Notes under the pieces: generated by a model
The model's database searches: none
What the model saw: only the letters and a program-made list of their open reading frames with translations
What the model was told of the DNA's origin: nothing
Translations under genes and position numbers: made by a program
Assembly: GCA_041667545.1 (NCBI GenBank)
Contig: JBAYES010000001.1
Span: 5,928-69,927, forward strand
Source of the DNA: Candidatus Omnitrophota bacterium
GTDB taxonomy: Bacteria; Omnitrophota; Gorgyraeia; Tantalellales; Tantalellaceae
Reading direction: 5' to 3'
Length of the DNA stretch: 64,000 bases
Shown here: positions 10,475 through 20,874 of the stretch, in pieces
How positions within the stretch are numbered: position 1 is the first letter of the stretch
Layout of the letters: every line of letters begins with the position of its first letter

Positions 10475-11757
10475 GGCCGTTCAGAGGGTTGGTTTATGAT
10501 CCCGTGACAGTGGGGGATGTTTCCAGGGTAATGGCTCCTCCTTACGATGTAATATCGGATGAAAAGAGGGAGGAGCTCTACGGTAAGAGCGACTTCAATG
10601 TGGTCAGACTAATACTTGGTAAAGATGTTCCCGGGGACGGCCGGAATGACAATAAGTACATTCGATCAAAAAAAGCCATGAACGATTGGATGGAAAAAGG
10701 AGTTTTGGCCACGGACGAGCAGGAAGCCTTTTATGTATATCTTCAGCAGTATGAAGTAAAAGGGCGAAGGTTTAGCCGGACAGGCTTTTTGGGGCTTATG
10801 AAGATAGAGGGGACGGATGTGGTTTTGCCGCATGAGCATACCCTGTCCAAACCCAAGGAAGACAGGATGAGCCTGATAGGGGAGGTAGAGTGTAATTTAA
10901 GTCCCATATTCGGACTGTACAGCGGGGACGAAGGATATATTTCCGGGAAACTTAAGAATGCCGTATCTGGACTTACACCGTTCACGGACATTGAGATCGA
11001 TGGGGTAAGGCATGTTATCTGGAAGCTTTTTAGCGCCGATGTGATATCAGAAATATCGGAGGCCATGGAGACGAGAAAGATCTTCATAGCCGATGGACAT
11101 CACAGGTACGCTGTTGCCAAGGCTTACAGGGATCTTTGCCGTTCCCGGGAAGGGTACGACGGACGGGCTGACCATGTTCTTATGTACCTGACAGATATGG
11201 ATGATCCCGAAAATCTCACAGTTCTTGCTACTCACAGGGTAATAAATAATATCCCGGAAGATGTAAAGAACGGTATTTTGTTGAAGATAGAGCGATATTT
11301 TAATATTACCGAGATCAAGGGGCTTTCCGCTCTCATGGATAAAGTGGAGGAGCTAAGACGGAAAAGCTATGTTTACGGTTTTTTTGACGGCATTAGATAT
11401 TTTCTTATAGAACCCCGGGAAACGGAAGATTTGAAGAACCTCATACGCAACAAACCCGAGTCATGGAAAGATCTTGACGTAAGTGTTCTTCACTCGGTCA
11501 TATTAGAGAAACTTCTGGGGATACAGGCAAAAGAAGGCGATGTAAGCTACGCGAAAGAGCCGGAAGAAGCGGAATCGCTCGTGAAAGAGGCAGGCGGCAG
11601 AGCGGCTTTTTTCCTTAATCCCACAAGGGTAGAGCAGCTTCGGGCGGTAGCTGAAGATGGAGAGATGATGCCCCAAAAATCGACATATTTTTACCCTAAA
11701 CTTTTAACGGGACTTGTGATGAACAGGTTCGAAGACCAGAAAGAAAAAGTGATATAG
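10462..11757 (+). CDS. DUF1015 domain protein
   Basis: N-terminal FRGLVYDP...APPYDVIS signature. Start taken at MAEVRPF (ATG 10462), inside the longer ORF that begins at 10393. Confidence 0.65.
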   Translation: MAEVRPFRGLVYDPVTVGDVSRVMAPPYDVISDEKREELYGKSDFNVVRLILGKDVPGDGRNDNKYIRSKKAMNDWMEKGVLATDEQEAFYVYLQQYEVKGRRFSRTGFLGLMKIEGTDVVLPHEHTLSKPKEDRMSLIGEVECNLSPIFGLYSGDEGYISGKLKNAVSGLTPFTDIEIDGVRHVIWKLFSADVISEISEAMETRKIFIADGHHRYAVAKAYRDLCRSREGYDGRADHVLMYLTDMDDPENLTVLATHRVINNIPEDVKNGILLKIERYFNITEIKGLSALMDKVEELRRKSYVYGFFDGIRYFLIEPRETEDLKNLIRNKPESWKDLDVSVLHSVILEKLLGIQAKEGDVSYAKEPEEAESLVKEAGGRAAFFLNPTRVEQLRAVAEDGEMMPQKSTYFYPKLLTGLVMNRFEDQKEKVI

Positions 11758-11790
11758 GCGTTCTCTTTGGATTTTAAATAAGGACAAAAA

Positions 11791-12627
11791 ATGTCATTTT
11801 TCTCCAAAAAACCGATCTTCGGGAAAAAGAAAAAAAGGGAAGTGCCCGGAGGCCTTTGGACCAAATGCCCGGGGTGCGGTGAACTTCTTTACAATAAAAA
11901 GCTCAAAGAGAGCAACAATGTCTGTGCTAAATGCGACTATCATTTCAGGCTTGGAGCGTATGAGCGTATAGAGAGCATGGTCGACCCGGATACATTCTGT
12001 GAAATGTTCAAGGACATGGAAAGCAAAGATCCCCTGAAATTCAAAGGCCCTACCGGGTATCCTACAAAAATAAAGAACGATCAAAAAACCACAGGCCTCA
12101 AAGAAGCCGCGGTGGTAGGGGAAGGGTATCTTGACTCCCGGAGGATAGCCATAGGGGCTACGGATTCAAGGTTCATAATGGGATCCATGGGGTCTGTGGT
12201 GGGAGAGAAAATAACCCGTCTCATAGAGTTCGCGGATTCAGAAAAGATCCCGCTCATAATAGTTTCGGGTTCCGGAGGCGGGGCTCGTATGTACGAGGGA
12301 ATGTATTCTCTTATGCAGATGGCGAAAACAAGCGCCGCGCTCGACCGGTTCAACCGGAACGGCGGGTTTTTTATTTCTCTTCTGACCAATCCTACAATGG
12401 CCGGAGTTATGGCAAGTTTCGCTTCTCTCGGGGACGTAATAATCGCGGAACCAAAAGCGCTTATAGGTTTTACAGGGCCCAGGGTCATTCAACAGACAAT
12501 AAAACAGGATCTTCCCGAGGGGTTCCAGAGTTCGGAGTTCCTTCTTGACCATGGATTGATAGACATGATCGTGCATCGCGACGAGATGAGGAAAGCCCTA
12601 AGCGCTCTTATGGGATACACTTCGTAA
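11791..12627 (+). CDS. accD: acetyl-CoA carboxylase carboxyltransferase beta subunit AccD
   Basis: N-terminal zinc ribbon CPGCGELLY...CAKCDYH followed by a carboxyltransferase domain. Confidence 0.85.
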   Translation: MSFFSKKPIFGKKKKREVPGGLWTKCPGCGELLYNKKLKESNNVCAKCDYHFRLGAYERIESMVDPDTFCEMFKDMESKDPLKFKGPTGYPTKIKNDQKTTGLKEAAVVGEGYLDSRRIAIGATDSRFIMGSMGSVVGEKITRLIEFADSEKIPLIIVSGSGGGARMYEGMYSLMQMAKTSAALDRFNRNGGFFISLLTNPTMAGVMASFASLGDVIIAEPKALIGFTGPRVIQQTIKQDLPEGFQSSEFLLDHGLIDMIVHRDEMRKALSALMGYTS

Positions 12628-12649
12628 AAATCGGGGAAAAGGTTATTTA

Positions 12650-13753
12650 ATGGCACAGGTGAGTTTGAGAAATGTTGTTAAAGAGTTTCCCGGAGGGATA
12701 AAAGCCGTAAACAATGTAAGTTTCGGAGTAGATAATAAGGAATTCCTGGTTCTTGTAGGCCCTTCGGGGTGCGGGAAATCCACGACGCTGCGGCTCGTAG
12801 CCGGCCTTGAAAAAGCCACTTCAGGCGAGATCTTCATAGGTAATAGAAAGGTGAATGATGTTCCCCCCAAAGACCGGGATATAGCTATGGTCTTTCAGAA
12901 TTACACGCTGTATCCGCACATGACCGCCTACGAAAACATGGCTTTCGGGCTAAAACTCAGGAAATATCCGCAGGAAGAGATAGATACACGGGTACGGGAA
13001 GCGGCAGGTATACTCGGTATCGAGAACCTTCTGACAAGAAGGTCGCGGGAGCTTTCCGGAGGCCAGAGACAACGGGTGGCTTTGGGAAAGGCAATAGTCC
13101 GTAAGCCCCTGGTATTTCTTTTTGACGAACCCTTGAGCAACCTCGATATTAAGCTCAGAGTGCAAATGCGCACGGAAATTCGCAAGCTTCACATAAGGCT
13201 TCAATCCACAATGATATACGTCACGCACGATCAAACCGAAGCCATGACATTGGGCGACCGTATAGTCGTAATGAAAGACGGTATAGTACAGCAGGTAGAT
13301 GTGCCCGGTGTGGTCTATAACAAACCCGTTAACAAATTTGTGGCAAGTTTTATCGGGGCTCCGCCCATGAATTTTATGGAAGGCAAGATCATCAAAAGGG
13401 AAAGAAAACTCTATTTCGACGAAGGGAACTTCAGGATAAGACTGGTGGAAGGTATGTACGACGCTCTCGAGGCGTATACGGATAAAAGGTTATTAATGGG
13501 AATAAGGAGCGAGGACATACATGATAAACTCAGCGTATCAGAAGCTCCTCCGGAGAACATAGTTACGATGAATTGTGATGTCGTTGAGCATCTGGGGTCG
13601 GAGGCGTATATCCATTTAGACACCGGCAAACATGTTCTCGTTGCCAGGGTTCCGGGGGATGCTAATCCTCAAGTGAACCTGGATATGGACATCGTTTTCG
13701 ATATGAGTAAAGTTCACTTTTTCGATAAGGCTACCGAAAAAACAATTGTTTAG
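12650..13753 (+). CDS. ABC transporter ATP-binding protein, MalK/UgpC family, with a C-terminal TOBE-like domain
   Basis: Walker A GPSGCGKST, signature LSGGQRQR and Walker B LLFDEPLSNLD. No adjacent permease gene. Confidence 0.8.
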   Translation: MAQVSLRNVVKEFPGGIKAVNNVSFGVDNKEFLVLVGPSGCGKSTTLRLVAGLEKATSGEIFIGNRKVNDVPPKDRDIAMVFQNYTLYPHMTAYENMAFGLKLRKYPQEEIDTRVREAAGILGIENLLTRRSRELSGGQRQRVALGKAIVRKPLVFLFDEPLSNLDIKLRVQMRTEIRKLHIRLQSTMIYVTHDQTEAMTLGDRIVVMKDGIVQQVDVPGVVYNKPVNKFVASFIGAPPMNFMEGKIIKRERKLYFDEGNFRIRLVEGMYDALEAYTDKRLLMGIRSEDIHDKLSVSEAPPENIVTMNCDVVEHLGSEAYIHLDTGKHVLVARVPGDANPQVNLDMDIVFDMSKVHFFDKATEKTIV

Positions 13754-13759
13754 GCTTTT

Positions 13760-15199
13760 ATGCCCAATTCCATAACCCCGGCGGTCAGGAAAAATATCCT
13801 GGTCGCGCTTTTTCTGGTTATATTCTTTACGATACTGTGGAATGTCAGTTCCATAGGGGTTTCCATTTCAGGCCGAGTTCAGCATATAGAGATCATCATC
13901 TTAAGCGTTGTGATACTGGCCGGCGCCGTTCTGATGTTCCTGTGGAGCAATCTCGGCGTCGTTCCGGGCCTGCTTTCTTTTCTAATGGCCATGATATTTC
14001 TGGCCCGGCCGCTCAAAGCTACAGATCCCCAATATTATGCCGCGCTGATAGTGGTATTTTTCGCGTTTATTCTTGGGGGATATCACTTTAACAGAAAAGG
14101 CCTCAAGGCTCTGCAGAAACACAAGGTTACCATGGAGAAGATCTCCGAGGACAACAACCTTATAAGCGATCATATGCGTAACAGGGACAGCGAGGTCTCT
14201 GCCATGGGTAAAAAAATAGACGGTCTTTTAAAGCTTAAGGGCATAGCCGATAAGATAGGTGTTATTCTTAAGGAGGACGAAATACTCGGCGAGGTCGCTA
14301 AAGAGACATTCAATATTTTCGGAAATGACAACAGAGTTCTGCTTTTTACGGTCAGCGAGGAAACAGGCGGTCTTAACCTCTCTATCACCCTTAAGGGTAC
14401 AGGCAGAAAAGCTTTCGAAAATAAAAAAGGCGGTATTTTTGACAGTTGGGTCATGAAAAACACCAAAAGTCTTTTAGTAAAAGATGTGAAAGAGGATTTC
14501 AGGTTTTCCGTGAGAGGGAAAGAAGGAAAAGATGATGCCGCATCGCTCATGGTAAAACCTCTCATTATGGAAGGCAGGGTGCTTGGTGTGTTAAGGGTGG
14601 ATTCCCCCAAAGAAGGGGTGTTTACATCACATGAACTGAGAATGCTGGATATTGTCGGGGATCTCGCGGCCGTGGCCATGGAAAATGCCAGGCTTTACAG
14701 GCGGACAGAAGAGCTGGCGATAAAGGACAGCCTTACCGGGCTTTGCGTCCACCGATATTTTATGGAACGCCTTGACGAAGAAGTAAAAAGGGCATTAAGG
14801 AGCGGAAATTCTTTTGCTCTTCTTATGATCGACATCGACAATTTCAAGGTTTTTAATGACGAGTATGGCCATATGACAGGTGACGCCGTTCTTCAAAGCA
14901 TGGGCGCCATATTAAGGAGCAAGGCGTCGGCGGGTGATACCGTGGCGAGATACGGCGGTGAGGAATTCGCTTTTCTCGCTCTTCATGTAGACAGAGCCCG
15001 GGCGCTGGAGATCGCCGAAGAAATAAGGGCTGAAGTTGCGGATACGCCCGTAATGGTGAGAAGAAAAGAACGTTCGGTAACAGTATCTATCGGAGTAAGT
15101 ATTTTCCCCGAAGACGGCAGACTCAGGGATGACATTATAATGGAAGCCGATAAAGCGCTTTACAGAGCAAAAAAGAAAGGCAAGAACCGGATATGCTGA
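13760..15199 (+). CDS. membrane-anchored GAF-GGDEF diguanylate cyclase
   Basis: N-terminal TM helices, a GAF-like middle region and a GGDEF domain with RYGGEEF. Confidence 0.8.
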   Translation: MPNSITPAVRKNILVALFLVIFFTILWNVSSIGVSISGRVQHIEIIILSVVILAGAVLMFLWSNLGVVPGLLSFLMAMIFLARPLKATDPQYYAALIVVFFAFILGGYHFNRKGLKALQKHKVTMEKISEDNNLISDHMRNRDSEVSAMGKKIDGLLKLKGIADKIGVILKEDEILGEVAKETFNIFGNDNRVLLFTVSEETGGLNLSITLKGTGRKAFENKKGGIFDSWVMKNTKSLLVKDVKEDFRFSVRGKEGKDDAASLMVKPLIMEGRVLGVLRVDSPKEGVFTSHELRMLDIVGDLAAVAMENARLYRRTEELAIKDSLTGLCVHRYFMERLDEEVKRALRSGNSFALLMIDIDNFKVFNDEYGHMTGDAVLQSMGAILRSKASAGDTVARYGGEEFAFLALHVDRARALEIAEEIRAEVADTPVMVRRKERSVTVSIGVSIFPEDGRLRDDIIMEADKALYRAKKKGKNRIC

Positions 15200-16575
15200 A
15201 AATGAGACCCTTTATGCTTTTAGCTCTGAACATATTGCTGGTCCTGGCCAGTTGGGCGGCATATAATTTTCCTCAAGCGGATGAGTATCTGTTCCTGTTC
15301 ATTATTCCGACGGTTTACGTTTTAATGCCGTTCGTTCTTTCAATCAGACAAGCGTTGGCCGTGACGGCAATGAATTTTTTATTTTTGGTATTTTACGGCA
15401 TACTGGGCGTACTTAATCCCATAGACATAACGGCCTTCATTTCTCTTTTTGCGATTGTAGGTTCGATAAGCTATTTGTGTTTCTGGATCTATCGGAGTTT
15501 TGTGGAATTTTATGAAAAGGAATCCGGCAGGGCTCAGAGACAATATAATAACCTGGTCTCAGAACTTGAATCCATAGACAGGAGGGGCAGGAAGATAGAA
15601 ACAGAACTTGTCAGGATATCAAGGCTTTACGAGATCACAAAGAAACTCGCTCCCGCGCTTACATTCGAGGAACTTTTGGAGGTGCTTTTCGATTTTCTTG
15701 AAGAGAACTTCAGCCTGAAAGCGGCCCATCTTATGGTATGTTCCGGAACGGAATGTGTAAGGTGTATTTCAAGAGAGATAGCCCCGAACGAAGAACCTCC
15801 TAAAGAAAGCGCAAGTATGGATACATCAAAGATCCTTGATTATTGCGCCGCGCATGAAATGAATTCTTTATTCGTTACGAAAGAAGAATCCGGAGAACTT
15901 TTCGAGAACATGAACCTTACTTCGGAGACTTTTATGCTGTTCCCGATAGCCGTGAGAGGAGAAGTTTCGGCTATTCTTGCTGTTGAAGGCGCGCAAAGGT
16001 CAATGTACGGAAGGTTCAGGATACTTATACCGCAGATAGCCCTGGAATTCCGGAAGGTCCAGTTGTACGAAAAGGTCCAGGAGCTTTCCATAATGGACGG
16101 GTTGACGGAAGTTTATCTGAGAAGGTATTTGATGGAACGGTTGGAAGAGGAGATAGACAGGGCGAAGAGGCTTAACCTGACATTTTCTGTGGGAATGGTG
16201 GATGTAGATCACTTCAAGGATTGTAACGATAGATACGGCCATCTTGTGGGGGACGCCGTTCTTAAAAAGATCGCCGATCGGCTGAAAAAATCGGTTCGGG
16301 AAATCGATATGATAGCGCGTTACGGGGGGGAAGAATTCTGCCTGATCCTCCCGGAAACCACCGAGGAACTGGCCATGACCGTAGGTGAGCGCGTAAGAAG
16401 GTCTGTTGAAGAGGAACCCATAAAAGCGTTTGATGAAGAACTTAAGCTGACCGTCAGTGTGGGAATAGCGACATATCCCGAGGATGGCGAAAAAATAGAG
16501 ACTCTTTTGGAAAAAGCCGACACCGCTCTCTATAAAGCCAAACGCCGGGGCCGGAACACGGTTTGTAAAATATGA
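15193..16575 (+). CDS. membrane-anchored sensor diguanylate cyclase (GGDEF)
   Basis: TM helices, a sensor region and a GGDEF domain with RYGGEEF. Overlaps the previous gene by 7 nt. Confidence 0.8.
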   Translation: MLKMRPFMLLALNILLVLASWAAYNFPQADEYLFLFIIPTVYVLMPFVLSIRQALAVTAMNFLFLVFYGILGVLNPIDITAFISLFAIVGSISYLCFWIYRSFVEFYEKESGRAQRQYNNLVSELESIDRRGRKIETELVRISRLYEITKKLAPALTFEELLEVLFDFLEENFSLKAAHLMVCSGTECVRCISREIAPNEEPPKESASMDTSKILDYCAAHEMNSLFVTKEESGELFENMNLTSETFMLFPIAVRGEVSAILAVEGAQRSMYGRFRILIPQIALEFRKVQLYEKVQELSIMDGLTEVYLRRYLMERLEEEIDRAKRLNLTFSVGMVDVDHFKDCNDRYGHLVGDAVLKKIADRLKKSVREIDMIARYGGEEFCLILPETTEELAMTVGERVRRSVEEEPIKAFDEELKLTVSVGIATYPEDGEKIETLLEKADTALYKAKRRGRNTVCKI

Positions 16576-16677
16576 CCCGGCGGCGACCGTCGGGACCGGC
16601 AAAGTGAAGACCACGCTGGATTTTTATTTTTTGAGATGGTATACTGCATTCTCACAAAATTACGGAAGGGTAATAAT

Positions 16678-19404
16678 ATGAAAAGGTTTTACGTTTTAGG
16701 GAAACCGGGAAAATTATGCGCGGTCTTTTTGTGCCTCTGTCTTGTCGCGGGCGGCGCTTTGCCTTCGGAAGCTTTCTGGCCCGGGGCAGATACCGGGTCC
16801 GATCCGGAATTTTCCAGACAACAAAAAAGAAATATGGAGATACAAAAAATATTGGATAAAGCCAGGGACGAGCGGGGAGTGAATAATTACAAAAGAGCGA
16901 GATCTTTCGGGGAAAGAGCTTTGAGGCTTGACCCGGACAACTATGCCGTTAAAGCGTTTTTGGGGCATTTAGACATTGCCGAAGAAAGATGGGAAAAATA
17001 TCAGTCTGACCTGAAAGAGCTTAAGATAAGGCAGAAAGAAGAGGCAAAAGCCCAAAAAGAGGCTGAAAAAGAGCTAAAAAGAGAGGAAGTTTCCCAAAAA
17101 CGAGCTGAAGAGGAAGCGGCTAAATTGGAAGAGCGAAAGGAAGATGTTCCGGTTAAACAAGTTATGGCGGAAGAAAAGCCCGCGGTTGATATGCCTGATG
17201 TAGATAGAGTCTCTGAAGATGCCGAAAGTATTCCGGGAGAAAAGGAGATCTTTCCCAAAAGAGAAGATCCCGAGATGGATCTTTTAGCGAAGTCGGGCCA
17301 TTCCATAGTGGTAGACGGGGATAGAGTGGAATATCTACAGGAAGAAGGACGCATAACGGCGGAAGGCAATGTTTCAATACAGTATGGCGATGTGGTGCTT
17401 AACTGTGACAAGATATCCATAGACACTAATTCGAGAATAGCGCTCTGTGAAGGCAATGTCCGCATAGTGCACCCCAAAGGGGTATTGGAAGGCGATCTCA
17501 TTCGTTATGACCTGGCAAATAAGGAAGGAGAGATAGTCGGGGCGGATCTTAAAGCATTTCCGTGGTTTGCCACAGCGGATGAGACGGGCAAGGTCGGGCC
17601 CAATGAATATGTGCTTAAGAACGGGTACATAACAACATGCGACGAAGATGAACCGCATTATCACCTTAAAGCCCAGGAAATACGTGTTTTCCCGAACGAT
17701 AAGATCATAGCAAAAAATGTTATCTACTACATAGGCAAGATCCCTGTTTTGTGGGTGCCTTATTATTATCAGCCCAACATAGAGTTAAAGACAAAGGTAC
17801 AACTGATCCCGGGCAGTACAAGCGATTGGGGCTATTTTCTTCTCTCCGCATGGCGGTTTCATATAAAGGGGAACACTAAAGTTGATATACTTTCCGATTA
17901 CCGGACCAAAAAAGGTTTCGCTTTCGGCGCCAATCTTTACTATGATCTCGACGATACCGGCATAGAGGGGTTAGGTAAAGGCCTTTTAAGGGGATACTTT
18001 ATAGATCAGAATGGTTTTGGCACGTATGAACCATCTGAATTTAGGGATGAAGGAACGCAGCAGAGATGGAGAAGGCGTATCCAGTGGAAACATCGTTTGA
18101 ATTTCGACGAAGAGACCACTGGTATAGTGGAATTCAATAAACTGAGTGACGAGCATGTTCTCAAAGAATATTTTTACAACGAGTACGAGGAGAATAACCC
18201 CGTTCCCCCCAACTACATATCCATTATAAACACAAAACCGAATTATTCCTTCAGCCTTGAGGCCCACAAAAGGTTCAACGATTTTTATACGGTGACGCAG
18301 CGTCTTCCCGAAGTAAAACTTGATGTTTTCGAGCAGAGGTTGTGGGATACGCCTCTGTACTACGGTTCAACTTCTTCCGCTACCTACTTCGAGAAAGAAT
18401 ACGCTTATCTTTCATCGCCGTCCGAGAAAGTGGGCAGAGCCGATACCTATCAGAAACTTGCCTATGCCACAGGTATAGGCCCTTTGAGCATTGTGCCTTA
18501 CGGTACACTTCAGGGAACGGCATATAGCCGGACAAAAAATCAAAGTCAGGCCGCTGTACGGGGTACCTTCGGCGGGGGGGTAGACACTTTTATCAGGTTT
18601 AGCCGTGTGTTCGACATTAAGACAGATTATCTGGGACTTGATATAAACGAGTTAAGGCATATAGTCGCTCCCAGGGCTCAATATTATTACACTTACAGAC
18701 CCAGCATGAGCAGGGGACATTTTTACCAGATGGACGAAATAGACGCCCTGGAACATCTTAACGGTATAGCGTTCTCATTAGAGAATAAACTGCAGACCAA
18801 GAGAGGGATGCCGGGAGAAATGGCTTCGGTGGATCTTATAAGGAGCATAATACGAACGGATTATTCTTTCAGAGAGAAAGAAGGCGGGCCCCGGTTCAAA
18901 ATGCTTCATTCCGACCTTGAAGTCAGGCCTTATAGCTGGTTGTATTTCGATAATAGGCTTGAGATAGAGACAGAGAATTTTTCCGTAAAGACAAATAGTG
19001 TTGAGGCCGTCCTTCAGCCCTGGTGGAATTTTCAGGCGGCTTTGGGATACCGCTACGAGAAAAGGATGGATGATTCAAGGAATCAGCTGACATTCGATAC
19101 GAATTGGGTTATAAACCCGAAGTGGAGCGTAGGATTATACGAACGGTTCGATCTTGAGAAAAGTGATATTGAAGAACAGCAGCTTACGATCACAAGGGAT
19201 CTTCACTGCTGGGCGGTAGATGTAGTTTACAACGTCAAGGGAAAAGATATCTTTGAAGACGATTTTACATTCTGGTTCGCTTTCAGGCTTAAAGCTTTCC
19301 CGGACCTTCCGATAGGCCTTTCGAGATCATATAACAAAACTCCTCCGGGGGCGTTATCTTCGTATCCCAGGCCCTCATTAACGCCGGAGCCGTATAAGCC
19401 ATAG
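16678..19404 (+). CDS. lptD: LPS-assembly outer-membrane protein LptD/OstA homolog with an unusual charged coiled-coil N-terminal insertion
   Basis: Signal-peptide-like N-terminus, an OstA_N-like beta-jellyroll segment (VVDGDRVEY...GNVSIQYGDVVLNCDKISIDTNS...GNVRI) and a large C-terminal beta-barrel region rich in Y/F/W/G. Start taken at ATG 16678, which follows GGAAGG. Confidence 0.7.
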   Translation: MKRFYVLGKPGKLCAVFLCLCLVAGGALPSEAFWPGADTGSDPEFSRQQKRNMEIQKILDKARDERGVNNYKRARSFGERALRLDPDNYAVKAFLGHLDIAEERWEKYQSDLKELKIRQKEEAKAQKEAEKELKREEVSQKRAEEEAAKLEERKEDVPVKQVMAEEKPAVDMPDVDRVSEDAESIPGEKEIFPKREDPEMDLLAKSGHSIVVDGDRVEYLQEEGRITAEGNVSIQYGDVVLNCDKISIDTNSRIALCEGNVRIVHPKGVLEGDLIRYDLANKEGEIVGADLKAFPWFATADETGKVGPNEYVLKNGYITTCDEDEPHYHLKAQEIRVFPNDKIIAKNVIYYIGKIPVLWVPYYYQPNIELKTKVQLIPGSTSDWGYFLLSAWRFHIKGNTKVDILSDYRTKKGFAFGANLYYDLDDTGIEGLGKGLLRGYFIDQNGFGTYEPSEFRDEGTQQRWRRRIQWKHRLNFDEETTGIVEFNKLSDEHVLKEYFYNEYEENNPVPPNYISIINTKPNYSFSLEAHKRFNDFYTVTQRLPEVKLDVFEQRLWDTPLYYGSTSSATYFEKEYAYLSSPSEKVGRADTYQKLAYATGIGPLSIVPYGTLQGTAYSRTKNQSQAAVRGTFGGGVDTFIRFSRVFDIKTDYLGLDINELRHIVAPRAQYYYTYRPSMSRGHFYQMDEIDALEHLNGIAFSLENKLQTKRGMPGEMASVDLIRSIIRTDYSFREKEGGPRFKMLHSDLEVRPYSWLYFDNRLEIETENFSVKTNSVEAVLQPWWNFQAALGYRYEKRMDDSRNQLTFDTNWVINPKWSVGLYERFDLEKSDIEEQQLTITRDLHCWAVDVVYNVKGKDIFEDDFTFWFAFRLKAFPDLPIGLSRSYNKTPPGALSSYPRPSLTPEPYKP

Positions 19405-19428
19405 TCCTTAGACCATAGTCCATAGTTT
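19398..19428. repeat. CCATAGTCC short direct repeats, first of four occurrences
   Basis: ccatagtccttagaccatagtccatagtttgg. Related copies at 20762-20797, 22392-22418 (inverted) and 24536-24572. Confidence 0.8.
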
Positions 19429-19454
19429 GGAGGAGGGGGAGGACAGGAGACAAA

Positions 19455-20759
19455 ATGAAAATAACTATAGTAGGAAGCGGGTATGTGGGGCTGGTAACAG
19501 GCACATGTTTTTCCGATCTCGGGAATGAGGTTATTTGCGCCGACAGCGACAGCGCGAAGATAGGCCTTTTGAAAAAAGGCGGGGTGCCCATATACGAGCC
19601 CGGGCTTGAAGAACTTATAAAGAAGAACGTTAAAAGCGGCAGATTAAGTTTTACCACCGATATCAAAAAAGCCGTTTCCGGATCGGAAGTGGTTTTTATC
19701 TGTGTGGGGACACCTCCTAAAGATGACGGCAGCGCCGATCTCAGCGGAGTGGAGAAAGTATCCAAGGATATTGCCGAACATTTTGACTCGTACAAACTTA
19801 TTGTGGAAAAAAGCACCGTTCCGGTGGAAACGGGAGAATGGGTGAGGCGCACTATAGCTAAGTTCAATAAGAGCGGCAGTGAGTTTGAGATAGCTTCCAA
19901 CCCCGAGTTTTTAAGGGAAGGCTCGGCTATAAAAGACTTTATGAACCCTGACAGAGTAGTTATAGGCGTGGAATCGGAGAGGGGAGAGAAGATACTTCGC
20001 GATATTTACGAACCCTTGAACACTAAAATAGTGGTTACTAATATCAAAGGCGCAGAGATAATAAAACACGCGGCAAATTCGTTCCTGGCCGTGAAAATAT
20101 CCTTTATAAACGCCTTGAGCAATATATGCGAGAAAACCGGGGCCGATGTAGAGCAGGTGGCCGAGGGCATAGGGCTTGATTCTCGAGTTAACAAGCATTT
20201 TTTAAGAGCGGGCATAGGTTTTGGCGGATCGTGTTTTCCTAAAGATCTTAAAGCTTTCATACATATATGCGAAAAACTGAGCTATGATTTCGGAATGTTG
20301 AAAGAGGTCGAAAAAATCAACGAAAGACAAAAGGAACTTGCCGTTGAAAAGATACGCAAAATGCTGTGGAATATGTCGGGAAAAGTGATAGCGGTATGGG
20401 GACTGGCTTTTAAGCCCGACACCGACGATATTCGGTCCGCCCCGGCCATAGACATAATAAACCGTCTTCTATCGGAAGGCGCCCGCATAAGGGCTTACGA
20501 TCCCGTAGCAATGGATAATTCCAGGAAGCTGTTCGCCGATTCCCCTAACATAGAGTTCTCTCGGGATATCTACGATGCCGCGAGATCAGCGGACTGTATA
20601 GTTCTTATGACCGAATGGAACGATTTCAAGGAAGTAGACTGGAACAGAATAAAGAAAGAAATGGCGCAGACGTTTATACTTGACGGACGCAATATTTACG
20701 ACCCTGAAAAAATGAGGGATCTGGGCTTTACGTACGAGGGAATAGGGCGGGGGGTGTAA
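19455..20759 (+). CDS. ugd: UDP-glucose 6-dehydrogenase
   Basis: N-terminal Rossmann MKITIVGSGYVGL and the catalytic GGSCFPKD motif. The protein is 434 aa. Confidence 0.85.
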   Translation: MKITIVGSGYVGLVTGTCFSDLGNEVICADSDSAKIGLLKKGGVPIYEPGLEELIKKNVKSGRLSFTTDIKKAVSGSEVVFICVGTPPKDDGSADLSGVEKVSKDIAEHFDSYKLIVEKSTVPVETGEWVRRTIAKFNKSGSEFEIASNPEFLREGSAIKDFMNPDRVVIGVESERGEKILRDIYEPLNTKIVVTNIKGAEIIKHAANSFLAVKISFINALSNICEKTGADVEQVAEGIGLDSRVNKHFLRAGIGFGGSCFPKDLKAFIHICEKLSYDFGMLKEVEKINERQKELAVEKIRKMLWNMSGKVIAVWGLAFKPDTDDIRSAPAIDIINRLLSEGARIRAYDPVAMDNSRKLFADSPNIEFSRDIYDAARSADCIVLMTEWNDFKEVDWNRIKKEMAQTFILDGRNIYDPEKMRDLGFTYEGIGRGV

Positions 20760-20761
20760 GT

Positions 20762-20797
20762 CCATAGTCAATAGTCCATGGTCCATGGTCGATAGAA
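20762..20797. repeat. CCATRGTC short repeats, second occurrence
   Basis: tccatagtcaatagtccatggtccatggtcgatag. Confidence 0.8.
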
Positions 20798-20803
20798 GGT
20801 CTT

Positions 20804-20846
20804 GTGCCGGGTTCACAAAAGCAGGTTCCCATTACGAACCTGGCAC
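20804..20846 (+). promoter_or_regulatory. conserved 42-nt upstream element, copy 1 of 3 (GTGCCRGGTTCACAAAAGCRGGTTCCCATTACGAACCTGGCA)
   Basis: Near-identical copies at 24588-24628 and 26017-26058, each 29-77 nt upstream of a start codon. It contains an outer inverted repeat GTGCCRGGTTC/GAACCTGGCAC and an inner one CAGGTTC/GAACCTG. Confidence 0.75.
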
Positions 20847-20874
20847 AGAAAAACTGTAAAAAAAGGAAACAAAC

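Noticed and set aside
12650-13753. The orphan MalK-like ABC ATPase as part of a novel transporter.
   Set aside because: A lone ATPase without a permease nearby is common, since shared ATPases such as MsiK serve several transporters. Nothing unusual is visible in the sequence.
16576-16677. A possible intrinsic terminator after the second GGDEF gene (GC-rich segment then GGATTTTTATTTTTTGAG).
   Set aside because: I could not identify a convincing inverted repeat preceding the T-run. The region may equally be the lptD promoter, so I did not report it.
20841-20862. TGGCAC within copy 1 of the 42-nt box as a sigma54 -24 element.
   Set aside because: The downstream sequence lacks a properly spaced TTGC(A/T) -12 box. 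The GGCAC is part of the conserved inverted repeat in all three copies, whereas the putative -12 region is not conserved.
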